Source: a virus
Taxonomy: Duplodnaviria; Caudoviricetes
Direction: 5' to 3' (one strand)
Virus record (IMG/VR): IMGVR_UViG_3300036793_000083
Location: 1-59,923 of that record
Length of the DNA: 59,923 bases
Below, one piece after another: positions 1 through 8,156 of the stretch. The translations under genes and the position numbers were made by a program. Within the stretch, counting starts at the first letter, position 1. The number at the start of each line of letters is the position of its first letter. Under the pieces are notes generated by a model that saw nothing but the letters and a program-made list of their open reading frames with translations, had not been told where the DNA came from and made no database searches.

Positions 1-416
1 CATCAGCCACTCCACGAAACGCGGGCTGAGCTGTGCGCCGCCTCGCTGGCCAGGCTGCGTCGGCAGGGGTGCGCGACGGCCTAGGACGTGCTCCCATCGC
101 TGGATGGCGGGGGCGTAGTCCCCCCAGTCGATGATCGGGTCGACATGGCCCCCGTGCGCGCCATCGTCTCCAGCGACGGGCGCACCGGACCAACCCTGCC
201 CGCTTCGCCACCCTGATTCGACCCGTAGCTGGTCGCTGTCGGCGTCGGTAACAGTGGTAGGCCAGCCACCGCCGAGGGAAGCATCAGGTCCCCCGAACTG
301 CCGCGCATATTCGGCCCGCCGTTCGTGCCATCCGTCGCGCGGGGCGTCGGTAAGAGGTTGATCGTGGCCCGGAGATCCGGACCACCGTCCCCGTGCGTGC
401 CCGGCCCGAAGCGGTC
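1..416. repeat. Terminal overlap with 59574-59923 (imperfect)
   Basis: 1-134 matches 59574-59707 with 1 mismatch. About 245-416 matches the end of the window. The middle differs and the end copy is 66 bp shorter. Confidence 0.95.
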
Positions 417-1185
417 CGATGCCGTCGGAGTCGGCAGGAGCACTCGGTGGATCGTCTCGCTCAGCGGCCGGCCCGGCTGATCCCCCCATCCCGCGCCACG
501 GGTGGCATCCCTGGTCGTCGGCGTCGGCAGGAGATCCAGCCGAAGGTCCCGCTTGCCCTTCGAGTCCTGCGGCCGGCCGTCCTTCGCGATCGCCGCCGTC
601 GGAGTCGCCAGTAGCGGGCCATGCGAGGATGAAGACCCGGAAACGTGCGTGTGGAGCTCCGACGGAGTCCGAAGCTCGTAGGCCAACCCAGCGCGCGTCA
701 TACCCGAGGTCGGCCAAGTCACCGAGTACGGCTCCGAGTGCCCGCAGAGGCCGACCCTCATCGTCTCCCATACACCACGCGCAGGATTCCAACTCGCTCG
801 GTGCGTCGGCCGACAGTAGTCCTCGGACATTCTCGATCACCACAATCTCGGGTCGCAGTACGCGGATCGCCTCGGCTCCATGAATCCACAGACCAGAGCG
901 GGTACCGGGCATCATGCCGAGGCGCAGGCCCGCGCTGGAGACGTCGGTGCAGGGGAAACCCAGGGTCAGAATGTCCGGACGCTCGACGGCCGGCCAGTCC
1001 ACGGTCGCGACGTCGCCGAGGTTCGGCACGCCCGGGTGGTGATGTTCGAGCACAAGGTTCGCGGCGGGCTCGATCTCGGCATACCAGATCAGGTCGCCGC
1101 CGAGGACATGCCTAACGGCCATCGTCAGACCGCCGTAACCCTCGAACATTCCGGCCACGGTCCAGCGCCGCTCCTGCGTGGTCAT
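1..1185 (-). CDS. DNA (cytosine-5) methyltransferase, 5' part; continues across the circular junction to the stop at 59433
   Basis: My translation from ATG 1185 (ATGA overlap with upstream stop) gives motifs I FEGYGG, IV GFPCTDVS, VI ENV and VIII HARFRVFILA. The frame stays open to base 1 and is missing from the ORF track. Confidence 0.9.
   Translation of the reverse strand, partial: MTTQERRWTVAGMFEGYGGLTMAVRHVLGGDLIWYAEIEPAANLVLEHHHPGVPNLGDVATVDWPAVERPDILTLGFPCTDVSSAGLRLGMMPGTRSGLWIHGAEAIRVLRPEIVVIENVRGLLSADAPSELESCAWCMGDDEGRPLRALGAVLGDLADLGYDARWVGLRASDSVGAPHARFRVFILAWPATGDSDGGDREGRPAAGLEGQAGPSAGSPADADDQGCHPWRGMGGSAGPAAERDDPPSAPADSDGIGPLRAGHARGRWSGSPGHDQPLTDAPRDGWHERRAEYARQFGGPDASLGGGWPTTVTDADSDQLRVESGWRSGQGWSGAPVAGDDGAHGGHVDPIIDWGDYAPAIQRWEHVLGRRAPLPTQPGQRGGAQLSPRFVEWLM
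81..830 (-). CDS. Alternative-frame ORF nested in the methyltransferase, with 5 LL(P/A)TP modules
   Basis: Repeats LLATPTA/LLPTPTT/LLPTPTA/LLPTPRA/LLPTPTA. Differences from the second allele are mostly synonymous in this frame. Confidence 0.7.
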   Translation of the reverse strand: MSEDYCRPTHRASWNPARGVWETMRVGLCGHSEPYSVTWPTSGMTRAGLAYELRTPSELHTHVSGSSSSHGPLLATPTAAIAKDGRPQDSKGKRDLRLDLLPTPTTRDATRGAGWGDQPGRPLSETIHRVLLPTPTASDRFGPGTHGDGGPDLRATINLLPTPRATDGTNGGPNMRGSSGDLMLPSAVAGLPLLPTPTATSYGSNQGGEAGRVGPVRPSLETMARTGAMSTRSSTGGTTPPPSSDGSTS

Positions 1186-2090
1186 CCTGCCGCCTCCATC
1201 AGTTCGGCGATGATCGCCCGCCATTGCGGCAGGCCCTTTTTGCACGTGTCGGGGGACGCGTCGATCGCCGTCGCCAGTGCCTTCGGCCCGATCTTCGCGA
1301 GGTCAACGCCGTCCGCGGCCTGCTGTCGCAGGTAGGCCAGCGCCTTGTCGCGGACGGGACTGGCCGTGCGGGGCGCGGGTGCCTTGCGGCGGGTGTTGTC
1401 CACGACCAGGTGCGGGCCTGCCGTGGTCGTCGTCGGCGCGAGGGCCTTCCGTGCCACCTCAGCGCGGTGCGCGACAGCATCGGTCAGCGCCCGCTCTGCG
1501 GTGGCCCTGCGCGCCAGTTCATCGGCGGTCCGCTTCGCCTCGGCGGTCCGCTCCTGCTGGCTGACCAGCGCCTCACGGTTGGCCTTCGCGGTGCGCGCGT
1601 CGGCCGCGTCCTGCGCCGCCTGCGCGTCGATGCGGGCCTGCTCCTGACGCTGGCGCTCCACCTCGGCTGCCTCGGCCTCGGCGTCCTCGCGACGGCGCTG
1701 CGTGAACGTCATCGCGACCGCGTGGATCAGCAGACCGCCCATCAGGCACGGGATGCCGCCCACCGGGACCGCCAGCAGTGCCGGCGGCTGGATCGCGGCG
1801 GCTTGCAGGTACTCCTCCGTGCCCGCCGCGAGAATGTCACCGAGGATGCCGCCGACCGCCAGCCCGCCCGCGTAACGATGGATCGAGCGGTCAAGGCCCG
1901 GCTGCAGGGACAGGGTGGTGGACGCGAGCATGACACCCGAGGTGGCGACACTGGGAATCCACGCCATATACCAGGGCACGCCGCATCGCTCAGCCAGGTT
2001 GAACAGGGCGATCCAGCCCCATATGAGCAGGGGGATGATCGTCGCGACCAGGCCGATCTGCGGCAGGCGTCCTATCGGGCTACGGCTCAC
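1182..2090 (-). CDS. SpdB-like / DUF2637-type membrane protein (about 4 TM, coiled coil, C-terminal HTH)
   Basis: Hydrophobic N-terminal half (ALFNLAERCGVPWYMAWIP...GGIPCLMGGLLIH), Ala/Glu/Arg coiled coil and HTH-like tail. This is the architecture of actinomycete plasmid spread proteins. Confidence 0.65.
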   Translation of the reverse strand: MSRSPIGRLPQIGLVATIIPLLIWGWIALFNLAERCGVPWYMAWIPSVATSGVMLASTTLSLQPGLDRSIHRYAGGLAVGGILGDILAAGTEEYLQAAAIQPPALLAVPVGGIPCLMGGLLIHAVAMTFTQRRREDAEAEAAEVERQRQEQARIDAQAAQDAADARTAKANREALVSQQERTAEAKRTADELARRATAERALTDAVAHRAEVARKALAPTTTTAGPHLVVDNTRRKAPAPRTASPVRDKALAYLRQQAADGVDLAKIGPKALATAIDASPDTCKKGLPQWRAIIAELMEAAG

Positions 2091-2416
2091 CGGTCGGCCC
2101 CTTCCCCGCGAGCGACCTCGGGCGGTGGAGCGGCCCAGCGTTGCAACGTTTGAAACGGGACTTCGGCGACGTCACGGCCCAGTACCTCGGCCAACATCGC
2201 AGCTATGTCGCGGTACGGGTAGCTGTAGTGGCTGTTCAGGGTCGCGAGCACCACGCCGCCCAACATCGAGTTCCGCTCGCGGTTGCGCCAGCTGCGCGCG
2301 GCTGCGGTCCACAGATCGGACTCGTCGTCGCCGGTCATCAGCGCCGGGCCGCCGAGCAGTTCGGCCACGGCCTCGCGCGGCGTCACCCGGGGTACGTCTC
2401 GCGGTCGTCCTGTCAT
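2087..2416 (-). CDS. Small HTH DNA-binding regulator heading the transfer-like operon
   Basis: YPYRDIAAML...VPFQTLQRWA HTH-like pattern; palindromic operator in its promoter. Confidence 0.55.
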   Translation of the reverse strand: MTGRPRDVPRVTPREAVAELLGGPALMTGDDESDLWTAAARSWRNRERNSMLGGVVLATLNSHYSYPYRDIAAMLAEVLGRDVAEVPFQTLQRWAAPPPEVARGEGADR

Positions 2417-2422
2417 GTGGTC

Positions 2423-2452
2423 AGTGTCTCACGGATGAGACAGGCAGCGCAA
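2423..2452 (-). promoter_or_regulatory. Leaderless promoter with overlapping operator palindrome
   Basis: TTGCGC-18-GACACT, 6 nt before ATG 2416. TGTCTCA-cgga-TGAGACA at 2425-2442. Confidence 0.55.
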
Positions 2453-2492
2453 TGACACCACCGCGCAGCGAGTGAGCACCTGATCCGAACGC

Positions 2493-2530
2493 ACTGACGC
2501 CCCGTCGCATACTCGCGGCGGGGCGTCAGT
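2493..2530 (-). terminator. Strong hairpin, probable terminator insulating the downstream operon
   Basis: 12-bp perfect inverted repeat ACTGACGCCCCG/CGGGGCGTCAGT just after the stop at 2543. Confidence 0.65.
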
Positions 2531-2542
2531 CTTGCGCTGGCG

Positions 2543-2884
2543 TCAGGGCAGATCCTGCTCGACACCCGGATACCACTCGCCGAGTGCAGGGTTACCCGCG
2601 CCGGATGTTGCTGTGCTCAGATAGCTACGGTCATGGGTTGCCGCGTCAGCCTCATCACGCCGATCCGGGTGCACCTGCGCAACCATCGCCTGCACATCCG
2701 CGCCCGCCTCGGTGATCGCGCGCTCCAGCGCCAGCACCAGCAGTCGGGCGTCCGTCTCGGTGAGCGCAACGTTCCGAGTCACGCAGGTCGTTGCCTCGCA
2801 GAGAGCGTCCCCCGGTGGGTCCACCTCGGCCCGGATCGTCACTCGCACGTTCTTTACCATGTCAGCGTCCATCCTGGTCGTCAT
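2543..2884 (-). CDS. Hypothetical protein
   Basis: Tightly packed in the minus-strand operon. Confidence 0.55.
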   Translation of the reverse strand: MTTRMDADMVKNVRVTIRAEVDPPGDALCEATTCVTRNVALTETDARLLVLALERAITEAGADVQAMVAQVHPDRRDEADAATHDRSYLSTATSGAGNPALGEWYPGVEQDLP

Positions 2885-3119
2885 CTGAATACGGAGGAGT
2901 CCACGCGCTCAGCGGCAGATCCCCCGCCTTGCGCATCGCCGCCGCCAGGGACCACGCACGTACGGATAGCGTCCAGGGCTCCGAAGTCCAGTCGCTATCC
3001 GAGTGGTGCGCGTCGCCATCGACCTTGCTCGATGCGCGCAGGGTCGCCGTGATCGTGATCAGGTGCCCGTCGTCCGGCCCCTCGATCGCCATGCTCACCA
3101 TCCCTCGGGTATGCGCCAC
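2862..3119 (-). CDS. Hypothetical protein (start uncertain)
   Basis: Fills the gap between RusA and the 2543-2884 ORF. Confidence 0.5.
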   Translation of the reverse strand: MAHTRGMVSMAIEGPDDGHLITITATLRASSKVDGDAHHSDSDWTSEPWTLSVRAWSLAAAMRKAGDLPLSAWTPPYSDDDQDGR

Positions 3120-3598
3120 ACCGTGATGCGCGCACCAGGCCCACAGCCGTGGGCGGCGATGCGCTTCGTGGCGTGCTGGTCGACTATCAGACAGTCATCC
3201 AGCCAGACCACGCCGGTGAGGGCGTCGAAAATGCTTCGTACTAGCTTGTCGTTATCCCCCGTGCGCTTGATCGCGTACGGCTGCGCGGACTTCGGCGTGC
3301 CGACTGGCCGGCGCATGGTGAAGGCGATATGCACGCCCAGTGGGCCATCCAGCAGTGGCCGGCTGCGCCAGTGCAGCGCGGCGGCCTTTGCGACCGTCTC
3401 ACGCCACGGTTTGACTCGCTTGGACGACTCCACCAGCACGGGCGCTGACTTACCCGTCCTGCGGTTTGTCCGGTGCCCCTTGTAGTCCTTACTGCCCTGC
3501 GGTGCAGGCTGGCCCGGCACCCAGATCGACAGCTCGACGCGGACGCCGGACATGGAGGTGGTCAGGCCACCCCCGGCGTGATAGCGCGGATCGGTCAC
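3095..3598 (-). CDS. rusA: RusA-like Holliday junction resolvase
   Basis: VPGQPAPQGSK...VESSKRVKPWR...DNDKLVRSIFDALTGVVWLDD. Confidence 0.85.
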   Translation of the reverse strand: MTDPRYHAGGGLTTSMSGVRVELSIWVPGQPAPQGSKDYKGHRTNRRTGKSAPVLVESSKRVKPWRETVAKAAALHWRSRPLLDGPLGVHIAFTMRRPVGTPKSAQPYAIKRTGDNDKLVRSIFDALTGVVWLDDCLIVDQHATKRIAAHGCGPGARITVWRIPEGW

Positions 3599-3963
3599 GA
3601 CCCGGGCCGCTCAGGGAAGACACCGTGTGCGGCGAAGTGCTCCAGATAGGCGACCGACAGTCCGGTGCAGGCGGGCAGGTTGTCAACCTTCGCCCACACG
3701 CGGACGTACTGGCCATCGATCTCCGCGTCGAACTCCACCGATGACCACTGGTCGTCGCAGGAGCGGACGTCCAGGTAGTCAGCGCCGAACGAGCGCGCCC
3801 ACGCCGCAAGTTCGGCCGCCGCCGTGCCCTCTGTCGACTGACGCGGCATCACTCGCACCTCACGCCACCGAGGCTGCCCGTACAGGTGCACCTCGGACAG
3901 GTCCGGATGCTTGCGCGTGTGCTCCACCATCGCGGCCAGGTAGCCGGCGAAATCCTCGGACAC
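3595..3963 (-). CDS. Hypothetical protein
   Basis: GTG start after GGGAG; stop overlaps the RusA start. Confidence 0.55.
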   Translation of the reverse strand: MSEDFAGYLAAMVEHTRKHPDLSEVHLYGQPRWREVRVMPRQSTEGTAAAELAAWARSFGADYLDVRSCDDQWSSVEFDAEIDGQYVRVWAKVDNLPACTGLSVAYLEHFAAHGVFPERPGS

Positions 3964-3970
3964 TCCCAGA

Positions 3971-4198
3971 TCACCCTTTCGTCGTGAGTCCAGACTCCGG
4001 ATCGGCGAGGCCAGTCCGGTATCGCGGTGCGTCATGGTCAAGCCCGATCATCGCCAGCAGTTCCGCCAGATCCTCGGCATCGGTGGCGTAGCGCCCGACG
4101 TGACTGGCCGCGAGCAGGCGATCCAAGAGCAGTCGCTGCTCGATGGTCAGCGCCGGGCGCGTCGCCTTCAGCCGAGGAATGGTGAACGTATGCGCCAT
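3971..4198 (-). CDS. Hypothetical protein
   Basis: TGATG coupling with the upstream gene. Confidence 0.5.
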   Translation of the reverse strand: MAHTFTIPRLKATRPALTIEQRLLLDRLLAASHVGRYATDAEDLAELLAMIGLDHDAPRYRTGLADPESGLTTKG

Positions 4199-4434
4199 CA
4201 GAACGGCCCCTTCGTCCACTTCCAGTGACGCGGCGGGCATCCGTAGGTCAGGCCGATGGCGCGGCATAGGCGGTGCTCCAGCGTGCTCGATTCGTCGTAC
4301 GCGTAGGCCGCGCGGTCACCGAGTTCGATCCGCTCCAACTCTGGCCAGTCGCCATAGAAGTGCCTCGGGATACCCGGAGGCATCGGGGACCAGCCCGCAG
4401 GCGCGATCCCGTAGAAGCGCTTCGGGGTCACCAT
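4198..4434 (-). CDS. Hypothetical protein
   Basis: TGATG coupling at both ends. Confidence 0.55.
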   Translation of the reverse strand: MVTPKRFYGIAPAGWSPMPPGIPRHFYGDWPELERIELGDRAAYAYDESSTLEHRLCRAIGLTYGCPPRHWKWTKGPF

Positions 4435-4862
4435 CAGAACGGCGGCGGGTCGTCGTCGTGACCGCCCCCGCGCGGGGCACTGTCCCGGCCGCCGCTCGAA
4501 CGCTCGGCGCGCGACACCTTCGCGGTGGCCCACTTCAGGGACGGGCCGATCTCATCCACCTCTAGCTCGATGATCGTGCGCTTCGCGCCGTCCTTTTCGT
4601 AGCTGCGCTGGCGCAGGCGGCCCTGAACGATCACGCGGTCACCCTTGACCAGCGACTCGGCCACGTGCTCGGCTTCGTCGCGCCAGATGTTGCAGCGCAA
4701 GAACAGCGGATCGGCGTCCTTCCACTTGCCGGACGGCTTGTCGTAGCTCCGCGGCGTGCTGGCGACGGTGAAGTTCGCGACCGCGGCGCCGCTCGGAATG
4801 AATCGCAGTTCAGGGTCACCGGTGAGGTTGCCGATCACGGTGATCGTCGTTTCGCCGGCCAT
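4434..4862 (-). CDS. ssb: Single-stranded DNA-binding protein
   Basis: [21 protein letters not shown]...; acidic DDDPPPF tail. Confidence 0.95.
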   Translation of the reverse strand: MAGETTITVIGNLTGDPELRFIPSGAAVANFTVASTPRSYDKPSGKWKDADPLFLRCNIWRDEAEHVAESLVKGDRVIVQGRLRQRSYEKDGAKRTIIELEVDEIGPSLKWATAKVSRAERSSGGRDSAPRGGGHDDDPPPF

Positions 4863-5239
4863 CAGCTTGCCTTCCTGACTGCCTTGCACAGCCGATCGAT
4901 GCGCCTCGCGTTCGCGGCCACGTTCGTACGGGCCGCCTCGGGTAGCGCCTCGATCATGTCCCGCACGACCGGCCCGGCGACGTCATCCGCCTCGATCTCC
5001 ATGAGGATCCACAGAGCGTCGACAAGGGAGTTCTCATCCGGATCGTCACTGAAGTCGCGCGCCGGGCGTCCCGGGTGAATCAGCGCCGTCTCGGGCGTCG
5101 CGCGGTCGCCTAGCGCCCACCGCAGGGCCACGCGGAAGGCATCACGCAGCGCGCCTTCCTGCGCGTCGTAGTCCACTGAGGTCATGTCCAGCCGGTCCAG
5201 TGTGTCCAGTTCGGCTGCGATCTCCTGCTCGGTGCGCAT
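4862..5239 (-). CDS. Hypothetical protein
   Basis: TAATG and TGATG coupling. Confidence 0.55.
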   Translation of the reverse strand: MRTEQEIAAELDTLDRLDMTSVDYDAQEGALRDAFRVALRWALGDRATPETALIHPGRPARDFSDDPDENSLVDALWILMEIEADDVAGPVVRDMIEALPEAARTNVAANARRIDRLCKAVRKAS

Positions 5240-5682
5240 TACGTCGTCACTCCCATCCACGTCACGCCCAATGACTCCAGCCACTTGATCTCGTTCTGCG
5301 TCAGGTCAACCTGCTCGGCACCGAGTGCCACGTGATTGCAGGTCTGCGCCAGGAAGTCGCTCACCATGTCGCCATCGAGCAGGATCCGCGCGTAACCACT
5401 GGGGGAGCACAGATCCATCCAGACGTCCCCGTAGTAGTCCGCTTCGCCGCCTTCATATGGCCGAAGCTGCGCGTCACCTTCGCCCACGGCCATCAGCATC
5501 CCGTCGGCCAGCAGTTCGCGGGCGATCGTCCAGCGCCGGTTGCGACCGAATACCAGCGTCACCGCGATCGGGTCGGCGATGCTCCAGAGCAGGCGCACCC
5601 CGATGGGGCGCCAGCCGTCGTCATCGCCGTCGACCAGCGAACCGGCGCAGATGTGGTCAACGGTCCAGGCGCGCCCCTTCAC
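5239..5682 (-). CDS. SsgA-family sporulation/cell-division protein (SALP)
   Basis: DPIAVTLVF...WTIARELLADGM...VGEGDAQLRP...LCSPSGYARI...VSDFLAQT...VALGAE; GTGA overlap start at 5682. Confidence 0.85.
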   Translation of the reverse strand: MKGRAWTVDHICAGSLVDGDDDGWRPIGVRLLWSIADPIAVTLVFGRNRRWTIARELLADGMLMAVGEGDAQLRPYEGGEADYYGDVWMDLCSPSGYARILLDGDMVSDFLAQTCNHVALGAEQVDLTQNEIKWLESLGVTWMGVTT

Positions 5683-6095
5683 GGTGCGCTGCCGATCCGC
5701 TCGGCCTCGGCGATCAGAGCGGCGTACGCCCGATCGACCCGGAACAGTGCCGATCCGGAGCGCACCGTCAGGCGACGAGTGACGGTGCGGCCATGCTGCT
5801 GGATCGCCTCGGTCAGCGCCTCGCGGGACGCGGCCAGCGCGTCGAGCACCATCTGATACGGCAGATCCTCGGTCGCGGTGGCGACCGCTGCGGCCTCGGC
5901 AAAGTGCCAGGGCTCCTGCGCGATCTTGATATGCCACCACGCCTGAGAGCGCACGTAGTTCGTCGCACCGTGCATCCAGTATCCGCAGGCGCACTCTAAG
6001 GTGCTGATCCCGCTCGGAGTCTGGATCTCGACACCGCAGGCATCCTTGACCAGTTCCTGATCATGCCGAATAACGATCCCGTGCTCGATCATCAC
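5679..6095 (-). CDS. Hypothetical protein (CACG, possible Zn ribbon)
   Basis: Coupled ORF. Confidence 0.5.
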   Translation of the reverse strand: MMIEHGIVIRHDQELVKDACGVEIQTPSGISTLECACGYWMHGATNYVRSQAWWHIKIAQEPWHFAEAAAVATATEDLPYQMVLDALAASREALTEAIQQHGRTVTRRLTVRSGSALFRVDRAYAALIAEAERIGSAP

Positions 6096-6274
6096 CGGTC
6101 ACCGAGCCTGTTACTGCACTCGATGGAACCACCGCTGACCAGATGCAGCACGTCATTACCCGACAGGCTGACCTCAGCTACGATCTTGTGATCCGAATCG
6201 CGAATCTGCAGATACAGGGTCTTATCGGCACCCATCCCGATCTGCGTCGCAAGATGAATCGTCTTGCCCATCAT
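6092..6274 (-). CDS. Hypothetical protein
   Basis: Coupled ORF. Confidence 0.5.
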   Translation of the reverse strand: MMGKTIHLATQIGMGADKTLYLQIRDSDHKIVAEVSLSGNDVLHLVSGGSIECSNRLGDR

Positions 6275-6630
6275 TACCGGTACACCTCCACATCGACATG
6301 CGCGTCATGTTCGGTCCGTGCCGTGACGACGGGGAAGCTGCACGACGGGCAGAGCCAGTCGCCATCGCGACCGTGGCCCGGCGTGAAGAGGTAGACCGTG
6401 GCCCGGCCGTGATCGCTGTCGTGCGAGCAGACCTCATCGGAGCGTTCATCCATCGCGCCCGGGTCGACCTTGCATCGCGGAATGGACAGGTCGGCCAGTT
6501 GCTTCACCGTCCACAACTGACGGCGGATCTCGGGGAGCACATCGGCCAGCGGGCCGAAGTGAGCGGGCGGGTCGCCCTGCTCGACGTGCTGAATGTGCCG
6601 GGCCTGCTGGTCCACAGTGTCATCTCCCAT
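6274..6630 (-). CDS. Hypothetical protein, first gene after a promoter and leader motif
   Basis: CPSC motif; start at ATG 6630 or GTG 6615. Confidence 0.55.
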   Translation of the reverse strand: MGDDTVDQQARHIQHVEQGDPPAHFGPLADVLPEIRRQLWTVKQLADLSIPRCKVDPGAMDERSDEVCSHDSDHGRATVYLFTPGHGRDGDWLCPSCSFPVVTARTEHDAHVDVEVYR

Positions 6631-6687
6631 GTCGTGCCGACCGTCGCCGACAGTGTTGACACTACAGCATGACGTGCGGCCGGTCAA
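6624..6687 (-). promoter_or_regulatory. Sigma70-type promoter plus GACG-hairpin/GACATGGGAG leader (copy 1)
   Basis: TTGACC-17-TAGTGT; GTCGGC-GACG-GTCGGC-ac-GACATGGGAG. Confidence 0.8.
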
Positions 6688-6693
6688 CGCGAA

Positions 6694-6724
6694 GGCGGGC
6701 CGCCTCACAAGGAAGCGACCCGCC
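6694..6724 (-). terminator. Intrinsic terminator
   Basis: GGCGGGUCGCUUC-loop-GAGGCGGCCCGCC followed by UUCGCGUU, after the stop at 6746. Confidence 0.6.
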
Positions 6725-6745
6725 CGTATGTCCCTGCTGCGAGGA

Positions 6746-7537
6746 CTATCCCGCCTGCGCGGTGGTGGCGGTGAGACGTCGCGACTGGGGTGGCACAAAC
6801 ACCGTGACTTGCGGCTCGGTTTGCTGCCCGGCCGCCGCGTCGAGCAGGCACGGGCCGATGGCGCAGCGATACGACCCGCCGATGGTCGCCACCACGGAGC
6901 GCAGGTGATGGGTGCGGTAGACCGCGACCGGCATCTGCCGGCGACCACCTACCTTGCCGAGCACGCCGAGGTAATCCGCGGTCCAGCCGTGCCCCGTCTC
7001 GGGCAGCACCACGTCCCCGTTGTCATCGGTCACGACCTCGTAGGCCGGACCGTCCAGCGCCTCGATCAGCTTCGCCGGGAACGTCGAGCCGTCGCCGGTC
7101 GTGAAGGCCAGCGCCAGGCCGTTCGGAACCTGCGCCGGATCTTCGCGCACCGTCAGGAGGTCTCCCTGCAGATCCAGTTGGCAGCGGTGCGTGACCTCCT
7201 TGCCGAGGCTGTTTACTAACGGCTTGAACGTGGCAATGACGGCCTTGACGTCCTCCAGCGTGACGAACGCGCTGCGGTGCCACGTGCCGTCAGTCGGGAT
7301 GTGCGCCTGCGCGATGATCGAGGACGTGGTGGACGTGCCCACCAGCAACTCTGTCGGCACCGCCTCGATCAGCGGCACCTCACCGTCATCGCCCGCCACG
7401 TCCATGTCGAACTCGCCGGCTGCGGTGTGCAGGAGCACGCCGTGCGTGCTCGCGAGCTCAGCGGCCGGGCACGCGGTCAGCGCCAGATCCTGCAGCATCC
7501 CGACCAGGTAGCGGGTCGGTGCCGTGACTACAGCCAT
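6746..7537 (-). CDS. Hypothetical protein, possibly a divergent sliding-clamp fold
   Basis: Strong RBS AGGAG; weak resemblance to the beta-clamp pattern. Confidence 0.5.
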   Translation of the reverse strand: MAVVTAPTRYLVGMLQDLALTACPAAELASTHGVLLHTAAGEFDMDVAGDDGEVPLIEAVPTELLVGTSTTSSIIAQAHIPTDGTWHRSAFVTLEDVKAVIATFKPLVNSLGKEVTHRCQLDLQGDLLTVREDPAQVPNGLALAFTTGDGSTFPAKLIEALDGPAYEVVTDDNGDVVLPETGHGWTADYLGVLGKVGGRRQMPVAVYRTHHLRSVVATIGGSYRCAIGPCLLDAAAGQQTEPQVTVFVPPQSRRLTATTAQAG

Positions 7538-7602
7538 GCCGTTCTCCTATTCATCCGGTGGAGGTGGCGCTGCGGTGGCGTCACCCGCTACCATCTCGCG
7601 TT

Positions 7603-7696
7603 AGGGAGTGGTCCGACGGGCAGGTGCAAACCTGGCCCCCGACCCATCCGCCTGTATCTCCATGTCCGGGCGGTTGCGGAGGGGGCGCCACTCCCT
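7603..7696 (+). ncRNA. Putative structured small RNA antisense to the GACAUGGAG leader motif
   Basis: 9-bp closing stem, CAGGU-GCAA-ACCUG GNRA hairpin, long hairpin with loop UAUCUCCAUGUC, short U run after. Possible -10 TACCAT at 7589-7594. Confidence 0.6.
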
Positions 7697-7720
7697 TTAC
7701 TTATGCCCTGCTGTCCTGCC

Positions 7721-8038
7721 TTACGCCGCGCGTCCGACTCCGCAGCCTGCCGATCGTGACGGGTGCGGCGTCGTGACTCGCGTGCCTGCGAACGTCGACA
7801 CCGCCCGCTCCCACTGGCGCGCCGACGGGTCATCGGGCATCGCCCGGCGCACCTCAGCCAGCGCGTGACGCATCACCACTACCTCGATGGGCAGCGCCGA
7901 GCCGTCCACCGGCGTGACGCCCGAGACGAGACGGGCCATCAGGTGACGGTCGCGGGTGGCGTCACGCTCCGACGGGTGGCGCGCCAGGTGCATGTCGAGC
8001 ACGCCGACCAGCACGCCGCGCAGGACGCGGTTGCTCAC
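7721..8038 (-). CDS. Hypothetical protein
   Basis: GTG start; operon packing. Confidence 0.45.
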   Translation of the reverse strand: MSNRVLRGVLVGVLDMHLARHPSERDATRDRHLMARLVSGVTPVDGSALPIEVVVMRHALAEVRRAMPDDPSARQWERAVSTFAGTRVTTPHPSRSAGCGVGRAA

Positions 8039-8156
8039 CTCGCCGGCCACGTCGCACCGTCCTGCGCTGCGCACCAGCCGGTACGCGGATCGTGGTCCAG
8101 CACGCACACCGCACCGTTGGGCCCGGCGGACCCGTGGGCCTCGCGCTCCATATCCA

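Noticed and set aside
1-416. Physical direct terminal repeat of the virion
   Set aside because: The copies are non-identical, lie mid-gene and are far from terS; assembly circularity with a bubble fits better.
3549-3557. Extra GACATGGAG on the + strand
   Set aside because: Inside rusA, antisense, without the GACG hairpin; probably chance.
7603-7696. Bridge-RNA/TIGR-like DNA-targeting guide (one motif half sense, one antisense)
   Set aside because: No IS110- or Nop-domain protein seen, spacing between target halves varies, and target stems co-vary as RNA.
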